Origin: a virus
Taxonomy: Duplodnaviria; Caudoviricetes
Length of the DNA: 64,000 nucleotides
Virus record (IMG/VR): IMGVR_UViG_3300033074_001484
Coordinates: 64,001-128,000 of that record
Strand: one strand, 5' to 3'
The position numbers and the translations under genes were made by a program. The notes beneath the pieces were generated by a model. It was given only the letters and a program-made list of their open reading frames with translations. It did no database searches and was not told the DNA's origin. Below are positions 46,697 to 56,355 of the stretch, piece after piece (positions within the stretch are counted from its first letter, which is position 1; each line of letters begins with the position of its first letter).

Positions 46697-48037
46697 TTAT
46701 GGCCCTTGTAGCCGTTTTAACAATGTTAAACCTGCTGATGCTTGTGATGATGTGATCGTATTTCCAGTCGGAGGCGGTGAAATCATTTTCCGTTTTAGAA
46801 TTGTCATTTCCCCAATACGAGCATTCATTCTCATTGAATAAAATACTCCATCATCACCAAATCTATTCTTATTAATTGCGACCTTTGCAAGATTATCCGT
46901 TTTATCTTGTTCGGATCGGTTTATAGTCATTACAAAATCTGCCGTAAATAACTTACCTATCGATTCCGCCACATCTTGATTTTGAACAAATTTATCCTTC
47001 ATACCGTCCCGGTTAGTCTGCGAAGCTGTCCATATTGGAACGTCATATTTTTCCGCAGAATTTCTAAGATCAATGTATAAATCTTCAAGCAATTCATCTT
47101 TACGTTTAGATTTATCGTTGTTCAATTTCATCAAATCCGCGTAATCGATCACAATAATATCCGGTGTAAAATTGTTATCAATCAAATTTTCTATGTAGTC
47201 TTCAATATAATGAATGGTTACCTTTTTAGCAGCCATTTTTACAATGTGTATGTGACCGGCATATTGTCTAATTATCGGTTCTGTACTGTCCAATGACTCG
47301 ATTATATCATCATAGGACTTACCTAAAATAACTGTATCGTATCGGTTACCTACATAAAATTGATTTAATTCAAGACTGATATGAAGTACTTTCTTTCCAA
47401 GTTTGGCCGCAGTTGAACCTATATACACAAGACCCCATGTTTTACCAATTCCAAGAGGTGCAATTATTAGCCCAAGCTCACCACCACCAAGACCACCTTT
47501 CATTAACTCATCAATTTCTGGCCATCCGGTTGGTAACGGGACTCGCGCTTTTTCTGTGTATCTGGCGCGGTATGAGTCTGAATAATCAACTCCGCTAAGA
47601 GGCTCATTGCCAACAGACAACGCTTGTACCATTAGTGCTCTTATATCATCAAATTCACCACGTTCAAGATGTCCAACTGATTTTAACAGAGCCGATGACA
47701 CAGCCTTATTTTTACAAAAATTTATAACTTCAGTCTTTACATAATCCAAATCACTTGAATCGACAAATTGAATCGACAAACCTAAAACTCGCTTCAATTC
47801 AACTTGATAACTATCTGGCTCTTTCGACAATTCAATCTGTAAAAACTCTGGACTCGGTGAATCTTTATATGTACGATAGAATTCAACACATTTGTCAATT
47901 ACCCATTTATAAGGCCCCGCATCTATAAAATCCGTTAACGATATTCCTTGTACTTGTGATATAAATTTCTTATCAATAATGAGTGCCGCCAAGAGTTTTA
48001 ACTGAAATGTTGTACCATACCCATTTAAACTTTCCAT
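46697..48037 (-). CDS. replicative DNA helicase (DnaB/gp41-like)
   Basis: APLGIGKT, SLE, IDYADL, WTASQTNR, KNRFG. Confidence 0.93.
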   Translation of the reverse strand: MESLNGYGTTFQLKLLAALIIDKKFISQVQGISLTDFIDAGPYKWVIDKCVEFYRTYKDSPSPEFLQIELSKEPDSYQVELKRVLGLSIQFVDSSDLDYVKTEVINFCKNKAVSSALLKSVGHLERGEFDDIRALMVQALSVGNEPLSGVDYSDSYRARYTEKARVPLPTGWPEIDELMKGGLGGGELGLIIAPLGIGKTWGLVYIGSTAAKLGKKVLHISLELNQFYVGNRYDTVILGKSYDDIIESLDSTEPIIRQYAGHIHIVKMAAKKVTIHYIEDYIENLIDNNFTPDIIVIDYADLMKLNNDKSKRKDELLEDLYIDLRNSAEKYDVPIWTASQTNRDGMKDKFVQNQDVAESIGKLFTADFVMTINRSEQDKTDNLAKVAINKNRFGDDGVFYSMRMNARIGEMTILKRKMISPPPTGNTITSSQASAGLTLLKRLQGP

Positions 48038-49134
48038 GAAATGTTGTGTATTATATTTCTATATATATCCGCCAATTGTAAAGGGGAAACACTTGTAACT
48101 ATTCGTCCAAATGTATTTGCAAAGGTAATGTATGATCCCATATCTGGTGGGTGTTGTAAAAATTGATGTAATTTGATAACAACACTATCCGGTAATAATC
48201 GACCATCCAATATCATTAAATTCTCATTTCGTTTAATAATATCAAGTGAGTCAATAATCATTTTATAAATTTTCAATGGCCGTTTTTCAAGACATTTTTC
48301 ATTACATTCATCTAAAATTTCATCAATTGTAAGGGGGCTATGTGTAATATTAGGAAATCTTTTAATCATTGTTTTAATACCAACCCCTGATACTCCTGAA
48401 ATCCCATCCGATATATCACCTGATAATATCTTAACTAAAATGAAATTAGCATAATGTATACCAAATTCTCGTTGAATTTCGGTTATTGTGTACATAATTT
48501 GTTTGACCGGAGAATATACCCAACATCGTTCCGAAACTAATTGCAGCAAGTCCTTATCAGCCGAAGCAATAATTATATGTGAATTAGGATTAGACTTCAA
48601 ACGTTGTTGCGCTATAAAAGATATTACATCATCCCCCTCAATACCATCAGGGGCTATAGTCATCACCGGTAAAGTGTCCAATACATTTCCCAATTGTATT
48701 AATTGGTATCTAAAGGATTCTTCTTCATCAATATGTTCGGCAAATCCTTCCGGGCGATTAAATCTAAACACGGTGCCCCGATGTGCCTTATATTCGGATA
48801 GTATTTTGGATCGAAGATTTTTTGAATTTTTCCCATCAAATACCACAAATATTTTCCGTGGATTATACGATTTTGCTAATGTGGACAGTGCCTTAACAAA
48901 TCCATAAACACCCCCGACCGGTATGCCATTAGCATTAATCTTTGGATCAGCACAGAATGATCTTATAAACAAATTGTTACCATCTATAATCAGTTCATTC
49001 TCAACGGACGATATTGTACGTTGTGCGTTTAAGTGCTCTTTAAATAAGTCAAGATAATCACTCATCGACGCCAGATGATAAAGATTCGTCGTCATACACT
49101 GAATTAATGCTTTCCAATAGGGTATCTTCAACAT
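48025..49134 (-). CDS. 5'-3' exonuclease / T4 RNase H-like flap nuclease (start probably MSDY)
   Basis: IDGNN, VFDG, YKAHR, EGDD, SADKD, GDISD. Confidence 0.92.
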   Translation of the reverse strand: MLKIPYWKALIQCMTTNLYHLASMSDYLDLFKEHLNAQRTISSVENELIIDGNNLFIRSFCADPKINANGIPVGGVYGFVKALSTLAKSYNPRKIFVVFDGKNSKNLRSKILSEYKAHRGTVFRFNRPEGFAEHIDEEESFRYQLIQLGNVLDTLPVMTIAPDGIEGDDVISFIAQQRLKSNPNSHIIIASADKDLLQLVSERCWVYSPVKQIMYTITEIQREFGIHYANFILVKILSGDISDGISGVSGVGIKTMIKRFPNITHSPLTIDEILDECNEKCLEKRPLKIYKMIIDSLDIIKRNENLMILDGRLLPDSVVIKLHQFLQHPPDMGSYITFANTFGRIVTSVSPLQLADIYRNIIHNISWKV

Positions 49135-50275
49135 TGAAATCTACCCCCAATTTTGGATTTGACAACATAATTTCAAGAAGAGCATTGTACGACTTTTCCC
49201 TAATATCGGCACGTTCTCGTATCAATTGTATAAAAGTTTTTTCTTGAAATTTACCATCATATATGTCAGGATTTGTAAACGATGACCACGCCCCAGATAC
49301 TTGTATAAGCCCATAAATTTTCATGTTCTCAAGCCATGTACCATAATCATCAATGCCGTGGCTAAAGAATATATTAAACTTTGCAATCCTCTCCGGTGGA
49401 CCGTTACGAGTCTTCATGACAACTGCGACCACACTATTACCCACGATATGCTTGTACTTATAACTTTTAGAAGCATTTTCCAATTCATGTATAATTTTAT
49501 TCACCGATTTTAGGTATACTCGCACCCCCGCATAAAATTCAAGTGCCCTTCCCGATGTAGTTGTATATTCTGTTTCACCATATTTTGGATTGATGCGTGT
49601 CCTAAGTTGGTTTGTAAAAATAAGTAAAACCCGATTTGTACTAATAAGATTGATTAATCTTGGCAACCATTCAGAGAGTATTCTGGCCCTGCCAGTACGA
49701 TATCCCCCTATATTATACAGGCCATCCTTCAAGGTATCCGGTTCATCTACTCTGGCTGCTGCAATAGAATCCACTGCTATGGTTATAGGTCCCTCAAACC
49801 CTTTATCAACTCTTAAATATTTTACAGTCTGTTCAATACTCGCGAGTGTATCAGTGAGTCCCATTTCAGCGGCATATAACAACGCATCTCTATCAATTCC
49901 GAGGGTTTCTCCAAAATCAGGATTAAATGCATGTTCGGGGTCAAATAATATTGCAATTCCCCCTGCTTTTTGTGTATTTGCAAGCACAGATGTCACCAAC
50001 AATGATTTTCCAGACTGCGACTCGCCAAAAATTTCAACTAATTTTCCAACGGGCAATCCCCCATCCGAAACACTTGATATTGCAAGATCAAGTATTCTAC
50101 TCCCAGTTTTTATAAATTCAGTGGGTTCCGTGTTTGTGGGGGTCAAAACTTGTGCCACCCCACCCGGATATTGCTTTTTAAAACTATTATTTAATTTGGA
50201 ACTAAGTTCTGACGCTATATCAGCCAATGACCGGGCTGATTTACCCGGTCCGGCTTGTGATGCTTGTTTTTTCAT
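49058..50275 (-). CDS. RecA/UvsX recombinase
   Basis: GESQSGKS, DPE, VDS, FTNQLR, GRALEFY. Confidence 0.93.
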   Translation of the reverse strand: MKKQASQAGPGKSARSLADIASELSSKLNNSFKKQYPGGVAQVLTPTNTEPTEFIKTGSRILDLAISSVSDGGLPVGKLVEIFGESQSGKSLLVTSVLANTQKAGGIAILFDPEHAFNPDFGETLGIDRDALLYAAEMGLTDTLASIEQTVKYLRVDKGFEGPITIAVDSIAAARVDEPDTLKDGLYNIGGYRTGRARILSEWLPRLINLISTNRVLLIFTNQLRTRINPKYGETEYTTTSGRALEFYAGVRVYLKSVNKIIHELENASKSYKYKHIVGNSVVAVVMKTRNGPPERIAKFNIFFSHGIDDYGTWLENMKIYGLIQVSGAWSSFTNPDIYDGKFQEKTFIQLIRERADIREKSYNALLEIMLSNPKLGVDFNVEDTLLESINSVYDDESLSSGVDE

Positions 50276-50281
50276 AAATAT

Positions 50282-51175
50282 TTATTTTTGTCCGCCAAAC
50301 AACGATTGAAATTTTGATTTTATATCACCGTTTCCAGTTGATGTCACCTCAGCAGTTGTATTATCGGCTTGATCAACTTGTGGTTGACCAAACGCTGTAA
50401 ATTTTGACGGTTGTGGTGATTGCGTCGGTGTCGGTGTCTGAAACGAGTAAGATGTCGTCAAAGGGCCGGGTCCTTGTTTCATTTCCTGTGTATTAGGAGT
50501 ATTAGACAGACGGGTTAAATATTCTTCCAGAATTTTAACCATTTCATCTGGCGTTTTACGAACCACTACTGAATTTAGAAAATCCGGTGTTTTTTCCAAT
50601 AACGAAATTATCAGCGATTCATCATTATAAATTTTCGTTTTGGAAGGCTTTGGTAATACCGTGGTCTCAGACTCTTGAAACGTTTTACCACGTTTAATTG
50701 TAATGTCCAAATCATGCCCTGCCACTAAATCCGTAATATCTCCATAATCTGGGGTGTTCATAATCTTCAGCAACGATTGGTACACCGTGGCACCAAATGT
50801 CCAAAACTTAATACCTTCGGTTTCCCGTCCACGAACTAAAATTGGCACAGCAACCCTATCTTTTGGTCTGAGTTTGTATCCGAGATCACGTTCATCTTTC
50901 GTTGCACCGGGTTTGTTTATAAGCTCATGTGAAAATTGATCCACAGGGTCTATGTCCCCATATGTCAAAGGTGAAGTGATTGGTTTTCCAAAAATGTAAT
51001 ACTGTTTAAGTTCAATGAAGGGGTATGACATATCATATTTGTAAGGCACAATACGTATAACATATTCACCCGAATCCGGCTTCCAAAAAACCGAGTCAAA
51101 ATTACCTTTTGGTTTACTTGCCTGTTCAGCCACTTGTTGGTACGACGTGCGCACCCTGTTTAAATCTAATGCCAT
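50282..51175 (-). CDS. single-stranded DNA-binding protein (gp32-like)
   Basis: FWKP..IRIVP..G..VYQ..DYGDITD..GHD. Confidence 0.85.
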   Translation of the reverse strand: MALDLNRVRTSYQQVAEQASKPKGNFDSVFWKPDSGEYVIRIVPYKYDMSYPFIELKQYYIFGKPITSPLTYGDIDPVDQFSHELINKPGATKDERDLGYKLRPKDRVAVPILVRGRETEGIKFWTFGATVYQSLLKIMNTPDYGDITDLVAGHDLDITIKRGKTFQESETTVLPKPSKTKIYNDESLIISLLEKTPDFLNSVVVRKTPDEMVKILEEYLTRLSNTPNTQEMKQGPGPLTTSYSFQTPTPTQSPQPSKFTAFGQPQVDQADNTTAEVTSTGNGDIKSKFQSLFGGQK

Positions 51176-51193
51176 GATAATGTGATTTATGAG

Positions 51194-51577
51194 TTAAAAA
51201 ATGAAAACATGTTTTAATTCTATCGGGGTTATATCCAATTCCCCATTAACAACCAATAACAACGAGTTTTTATAATCGTTCCAATTGACATGATAATTTT
51301 TATCCATTACGCCCCCATTTAATACTCGTATCAAAACATTGAGGGCATTTATAGTATATATAGTGTTTGTATATGGTTTTCGATGTACTATTATGGTATC
51401 TGCATCAAACATATTAACAATACCATGTACGTTATACATTAAATATATCTTATCAGAACCCACTCCTATAAAGGTAAATATCTTAGAATGGGTTAAATCG
51501 TAAACGTTACTAATGTGGGTTGCTAAATCAGCATATGTATCTTCAACTGCAAAGGTACATAAAAGTTTTGAATTCAT
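51194..51577 (-). CDS. conserved hypothetical phage protein
   Basis: LLCTF..VHRK..TNTIYTINALN. Confidence 0.7.
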   Translation of the reverse strand: MNSKLLCTFAVEDTYADLATHISNVYDLTHSKIFTFIGVGSDKIYLMYNVHGIVNMFDADTIIVHRKPYTNTIYTINALNVLIRVLNGGVMDKNYHVNWNDYKNSLLLVVNGELDITPIELKHVFIF

Positions 51578-52821
51578 CCACCCACCTCTAAAAAATTTAT
51601 AGGGACCAAAGAACCATAATCATGTCCTACTTTATATGTGACGGGAAAGTTGTCCTTGCCAATTATAGCCGACAATTCATAAAGTGTTGATGGTCCATCA
51701 ATTGGATTATAATCAATAAGAAATGAATCGTAAACATACAATAGTAATAGACTTCCCTTCTGATATAAATATTCAAATACATCGTTAAGAATGCAAAAAT
51801 TGCGCTCGGTCTCAATAGACTGTAAAAGATACGATAATAAAATGCCGCCATTCATATCCTCTCGTTTAGGTGGATATATTCGGCGTTTAAACATTAATGA
51901 CCGGATAAATCCGGTTGATTGAAATTCATTCATTAATGAGTGTTTGATATTCATAACGGCCTCAAATATAGGATGTTTGGACAGTTCATCATCATCCATA
52001 CTGTAAAATGAGCGCATTACCATTTTTTTAACAACCTGAATATCATACGATTGGTTAGTTGTCACCTTCAACCATTCAACTAATTTAAGATAAAAATTAT
52101 CATAATATTCATCAAAGACATGTCCTGCCACGATATATCGTAACATTAGCATTGGATGATACGACTTAAAATCATACTCAATAAGAATTCCGTTTTCAAA
52201 CCGCGACGTAATGTCATATCGAATATCCGACGCATGTGGGATTGCCATGAAATTTATAGTGTTTACGTTCGTAGGACGACCTGTCATGGTATATGGGTTG
52301 TACTTATTGTGTACATAGGTATTACCCATTTTAATGGTAGATTGGTTCAATCTATTAATGGCAGGTAGAATCACTGATCTGAAAGATTCAACGGCAAATA
52401 TATCATCAGATTTCATTTCTGATACATTATTCAAAAATTTATGCACAAATTTATCAATAACCTCTACCCATTTACTAATTGGTATGATATTAACATCAAA
52501 TGGAGTGTTGAATATAAATTGCTGTAAATCTGACACATAATCCTCAAATTGTAAAGGCTTGCCAGTTATAACATACATTGTATATGCTGCAACATTCAAA
52601 GGTGAATAAACATCAATGATATACCCGGATATACGAGACAGTTCTACATCTTCTCCGGAAATTGGAAGATCAGGATGCCTCACGTTATAAATGGTGCGCC
52701 GCTTTGACCACATATCAAACACATATATAAAGGATACCGCCCCATCATATAATTTAATGGGTATCAATAGTTTATTATTATCAATACCATGTAAATTAAA
52801 TCCGGTCTCCAACAATGTCAT
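51574..52821 (-). CDS. short family A DNA polymerase-like protein
   Basis: TGRP, motif A YDFKSYH, LQSIE, motif C YVYDSF. Confidence 0.75.
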   Translation of the reverse strand: MTLLETGFNLHGIDNNKLLIPIKLYDGAVSFIYVFDMWSKRRTIYNVRHPDLPISGEDVELSRISGYIIDVYSPLNVAAYTMYVITGKPLQFEDYVSDLQQFIFNTPFDVNIIPISKWVEVIDKFVHKFLNNVSEMKSDDIFAVESFRSVILPAINRLNQSTIKMGNTYVHNKYNPYTMTGRPTNVNTINFMAIPHASDIRYDITSRFENGILIEYDFKSYHPMLMLRYIVAGHVFDEYYDNFYLKLVEWLKVTTNQSYDIQVVKKMVMRSFYSMDDDELSKHPIFEAVMNIKHSLMNEFQSTGFIRSLMFKRRIYPPKREDMNGGILLSYLLQSIETERNFCILNDVFEYLYQKGSLLLLYVYDSFLIDYNPIDGPSTLYELSAIIGKDNFPVTYKVGHDYGSLVPINFLEVGG

Positions 52822-53387
52822 TATTTGTAGAATTCAGTAGCGTCCCGCAAATATAGACCAATTCCTATAAAATCAGATTCTGCTTTGATTATTTTTTGTA
52901 AATTTACTTGGTATGCCGATTGTTTTTCGACCTTAGAAATCACCCACGGCACCACCAATGAATTATACATGACCCCGTTTATACCGGGTAATCCTTTAGT
53001 ATTTATACTCATATATTGCGGTAAGTCGATTTCAATTATTGTCCGCGATGGATTATTCCTTTTCTGCACAAAATACCTATATATTTCACCACGAACGTAA
53101 TCTTCCATTGTAGGGATAACAGTATATGGTATCGGTGACATATACTGACTAACATTCATTTGTTTAATTCTATTGTACTGTCTAACATCCTCAGATAACG
53201 TCACATTAAGTGGATATAAACGCTTACCATTTACACTCGGCTTAAATTCCGTATACACCCATCCATTTTGTAATATATGATATGGCCCAATATATTCAGC
53301 ACCATCTGGTAATACAAATTCACCACCGGGGGTATATTTTCCCGGAGATATTTGGTGTGGTGGATAATATGGTTTCGTTATGGCCAT
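52821..53387 (-). CDS. conserved hypothetical (virion-associated?) protein
   Basis: YT.GGEF..YIGPYH..PT.EDY..G...RYF. Confidence 0.65.
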   Translation of the reverse strand: MAITKPYYPPHQISPGKYTPGGEFVLPDGAEYIGPYHILQNGWVYTEFKPSVNGKRLYPLNVTLSEDVRQYNRIKQMNVSQYMSPIPYTVIPTMEDYVRGEIYRYFVQKRNNPSRTIIEIDLPQYMSINTKGLPGINGVMYNSLVVPWVISKVEKQSAYQVNLQKIIKAESDFIGIGLYLRDATEFYK

Positions 53388-53451
53388 GTTATATTACGTA
53401 TTTAGTTCCACGGGTTACCTATAAATATAAAACTCACTGTACATTCAAACG

Positions 53452-55461
53452 TTAATATAAACTCAACCCTTCACTATTTGTCGCCAAAATACCTTCTATA
53501 TCGGTACTCCAATCTGAATTTGTTATAGTATGCGTCACCCGACGCACCATAAAATATACATTCTTTGAATACCATGATTCTGGCACTTGTGTCGATGTGA
53601 CTGCGCATCCCGGAATAATCCCCCATGCACCATTAATTGTAGCGTGTATAGATAATCCGGGATAGTGTACCGGTTCATATTTTCTGGCATCTTCACGTGC
53701 TTTATAATACGATGAGACCGCTGATACCAGCCCTTGCACTTGGGACGATCCAAAGTTATTTTCCCCAAGCAGTCCGGGGTCTTTCACTAATTCATACATT
53801 TTTTTAGCAGCTTCATACTGCGCCTTTATACGTTTTGTATTAACACTTGGCAAACATCCTCGTATTGCTGAAATGGCGTCTCCTTTTTTTGATGCCCCCG
53901 CAAACATCGCCACACGATATTCTTCAGAGCCAACATTGCTCTGTATATCACATGATCGTGTTACATTGTCAGAGTTTATGGGGTCCAATTTCAAACAAGG
54001 TAATTTATTTGAAATCCCATAATTTTGATCCACAACCCACAAAACTTTTTTATCATCACCCCCCATATCTTCAACCAACCTGATAGCAATAAATCCCCCG
54101 GTGGCAACATTTATCGCATCTGAAATCGCATTAAAAAAATCAACTATATTAACAACTTCTTCTTTAGTATCTTTTACATCGGCATTGTCAGCAGCAGCCT
54201 CTCTCTTTTTACTCGCCTTTGCTAAACACCCGGACACTACATCTTTATGGATTAAAATTTTACCCAAATCTACTATGCCATCTCCCGATATTGCTCTTAC
54301 CGCTTCCAAATTGGTTGCGTCGTTCTCAAAATCTTTACCTTTCCCTGCACTGTTTTTATAATCACCTGCACTATTACCCATCAACAGCACGGATAGGGGA
54401 TCGCCCGATTTAAATGCTCTCGGTACCACCCCTTTGCTATAATCTTTATGAAATTTTATTTTGAGTTGCATAAATTCCGTATCATGTACCGCTTTGTGAA
54501 ATTGACGCATTAATTGGTCATTGATAATTCTGTGAACTACATACCCAAGTGTTACATATATTTGATATGTATCTTGGGTGGCCTCATCATATGTACCCAT
54601 AAATGTACCAATACCCCTACTAACCCACGCTCCTATATTTTGAAATACATTTCGCAAATATTTCCCATCGTACATTACTAATGCAGCTTTTGAAAAATTA
54701 AAACCATCTACATTGGGAACATAATCACTAAAATCACCCGCCGTCCGAACAGTACCATCAACAATGGAATTTAATGACATTGTACCATTTTGTTGAGTAT
54801 CACATACAATCAATTGATCAACCCCAGATACTTTATCTCTTTGTTGTGCAGCGTGTTCACCGGCAACAATATATTCCAGCCCATTAGCCACCATCATCAT
54901 TTGCATGTCGGCTGTTTTTAATGCTACCGCCGATGAAACAGCTGAACATCTACACAACCAAGTCCCCTCAGAATTAGCATTAAATTCAAATGTGGCAATT
55001 GTAAAATCTTTTAAACTAACTGAATCATTGACATCCCATACATTACCCCCGAATGAATAAGCAAGGTCTAATCGTAATTTGTTTCCGGGTATTAAAAATG
55101 ATTCAAATATATCCTGAAAATCATCTTTGGTGTATGCTTCAATTTCAACATTTATTCGTTGGGCAAGTCCCCAATCTCCCCCATAGTCAATGGTAACACT
55201 TTTCAATGTAGGTAACGGTTTAATAAGCCCACCACGATTATAATCCCCATCCCATGTTGTAGGGTCTTTTGGAAGTGTATACGATTTTCCACCCTCACAT
55301 GCCATAGGTGTTGCAGTAACTTTAACGATAGCTGGATTGCGGACTTGCGCCGATTTACCCCCTACAAATCTAACTTGATTGTTTAAACCTTTTCTACCAC
55401 CAATAACCCCCATAAAACCTCCAATAGGGGCACGGCGGAATAAATTTATAGCATCTGCCAT
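53452..55461 (-). CDS. putative baseplate hub protein
   Basis: Position downstream of tape measure; C-terminal G..GIIPG..FMVRRVTH...WST typical of gp27/GpD-like hubs. Confidence 0.6.
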   Translation of the reverse strand: MADAINLFRRAPIGGFMGVIGGRKGLNNQVRFVGGKSAQVRNPAIVKVTATPMACEGGKSYTLPKDPTTWDGDYNRGGLIKPLPTLKSVTIDYGGDWGLAQRINVEIEAYTKDDFQDIFESFLIPGNKLRLDLAYSFGGNVWDVNDSVSLKDFTIATFEFNANSEGTWLCRCSAVSSAVALKTADMQMMMVANGLEYIVAGEHAAQQRDKVSGVDQLIVCDTQQNGTMSLNSIVDGTVRTAGDFSDYVPNVDGFNFSKAALVMYDGKYLRNVFQNIGAWVSRGIGTFMGTYDEATQDTYQIYVTLGYVVHRIINDQLMRQFHKAVHDTEFMQLKIKFHKDYSKGVVPRAFKSGDPLSVLLMGNSAGDYKNSAGKGKDFENDATNLEAVRAISGDGIVDLGKILIHKDVVSGCLAKASKKREAAADNADVKDTKEEVVNIVDFFNAISDAINVATGGFIAIRLVEDMGGDDKKVLWVVDQNYGISNKLPCLKLDPINSDNVTRSCDIQSNVGSEEYRVAMFAGASKKGDAISAIRGCLPSVNTKRIKAQYEAAKKMYELVKDPGLLGENNFGSSQVQGLVSAVSSYYKAREDARKYEPVHYPGLSIHATINGAWGIIPGCAVTSTQVPESWYSKNVYFMVRRVTHTITNSDWSTDIEGILATNSEGLSLY

Positions 55462-55463
55462 TG

Positions 55464-55769
55464 TTAATTCTGCATTTCAGTGAATATATCTTCAATCTCA
55501 AATCTATCAAGGGGATACGGTATGCGCAATTGTATTCCAACAGGAGGTTTTATAGTTGGAGCACTCAAATTATTAGCCCTTGCAATAAGAATCCAATATC
55601 GTGGATCGCCATAATATTCATTTGCCAACAAATCCATTCGATGATGGCTTTTGGTAATAATAAAAATATCAGTATCTTTCATTTCAAACCGTGGATAATA
55701 CATAGTTGAATATCTATGCAGCGAAATTTTATCAATTATATCACCCGCGTATTGTTTATATCGTTGCAT
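55464..55769 (-). CDS. baseplate wedge / LysM-like tail protein (gp53/GpX-like)
   Basis: RMDLLANEYYGDPRYWILIARAN..GIQLRIP. Confidence 0.85.
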   Translation of the reverse strand: MQRYKQYAGDIIDKISLHRYSTMYYPRFEMKDTDIFIITKSHHRMDLLANEYYGDPRYWILIARANNLSAPTIKPPVGIQLRIPYPLDRFEIEDIFTEMQN

Positions 55770-55777
55770 TTAACCCC

Positions 55778-56353
55778 TTATGTTTTATTTGAATCCGGCT
55801 GTTGTCTATGAAAATATTTATACGTTCCATGTTTTTTCGCACCTATTTTGTAATCTGGACGATTACCAAGCCCATCTGTAAGATTTCTAATACTAATTGT
55901 GACTTGTGTGTATACTGGACGTTTGGCATCACCATCCCACGGATATTCCAATTCCCAATTCAAACTCAGTGATGTTATATACCCAATCCCCTCAAGTAAT
56001 TCCGCAATTTCATAATATACAAACGGTGCATTATATCCTTGATTGGGTCGTCTAAGCGGATATGTTAATAATGCCAATTTTCGCAATTTCGTATAATTTG
56101 CATCATGTTCATCTTTATTAGTTGCAATGGTCATAAATGAAAACCCAAGTGACCGCGAATGCCCAGTATACATCACTTTTGGGTCCGCACGTCCCATGTC
56201 AAAATGCTCTGACCATTGTGGGGAATTGTCATCTGAAATTGCTGATGTCAAAAAACAATCAAACAATAAATCCTCATCCGCTGGACCCTGTCCCGGTATC
56301 ATTGGTCTAAACACCAATTTTCGCACATTTCCATTACGAGGATATTTACTCAT
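55778..56353 (-). CDS. tail tube initiator / baseplate protein
   Basis: ISD..W..GRADP..Y.G..RSL.FSF..GYITSL..W. Confidence 0.65.
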   Translation of the reverse strand: MSKYPRNGNVRKLVFRPMIPGQGPADEDLLFDCFLTSAISDDNSPQWSEHFDMGRADPKVMYTGHSRSLGFSFMTIATNKDEHDANYTKLRKLALLTYPLRRPNQGYNAPFVYYEIAELLEGIGYITSLSLNWELEYPWDGDAKRPVYTQVTISIRNLTDGLGNRPDYKIGAKKHGTYKYFHRQQPDSNKT

Positions 56354-56355
56354 AT

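Noticed and set aside
49590-50309. 239-aa plus-strand ORF
   Set aside because: Antisense shadow of the RecA/UvsX gene.
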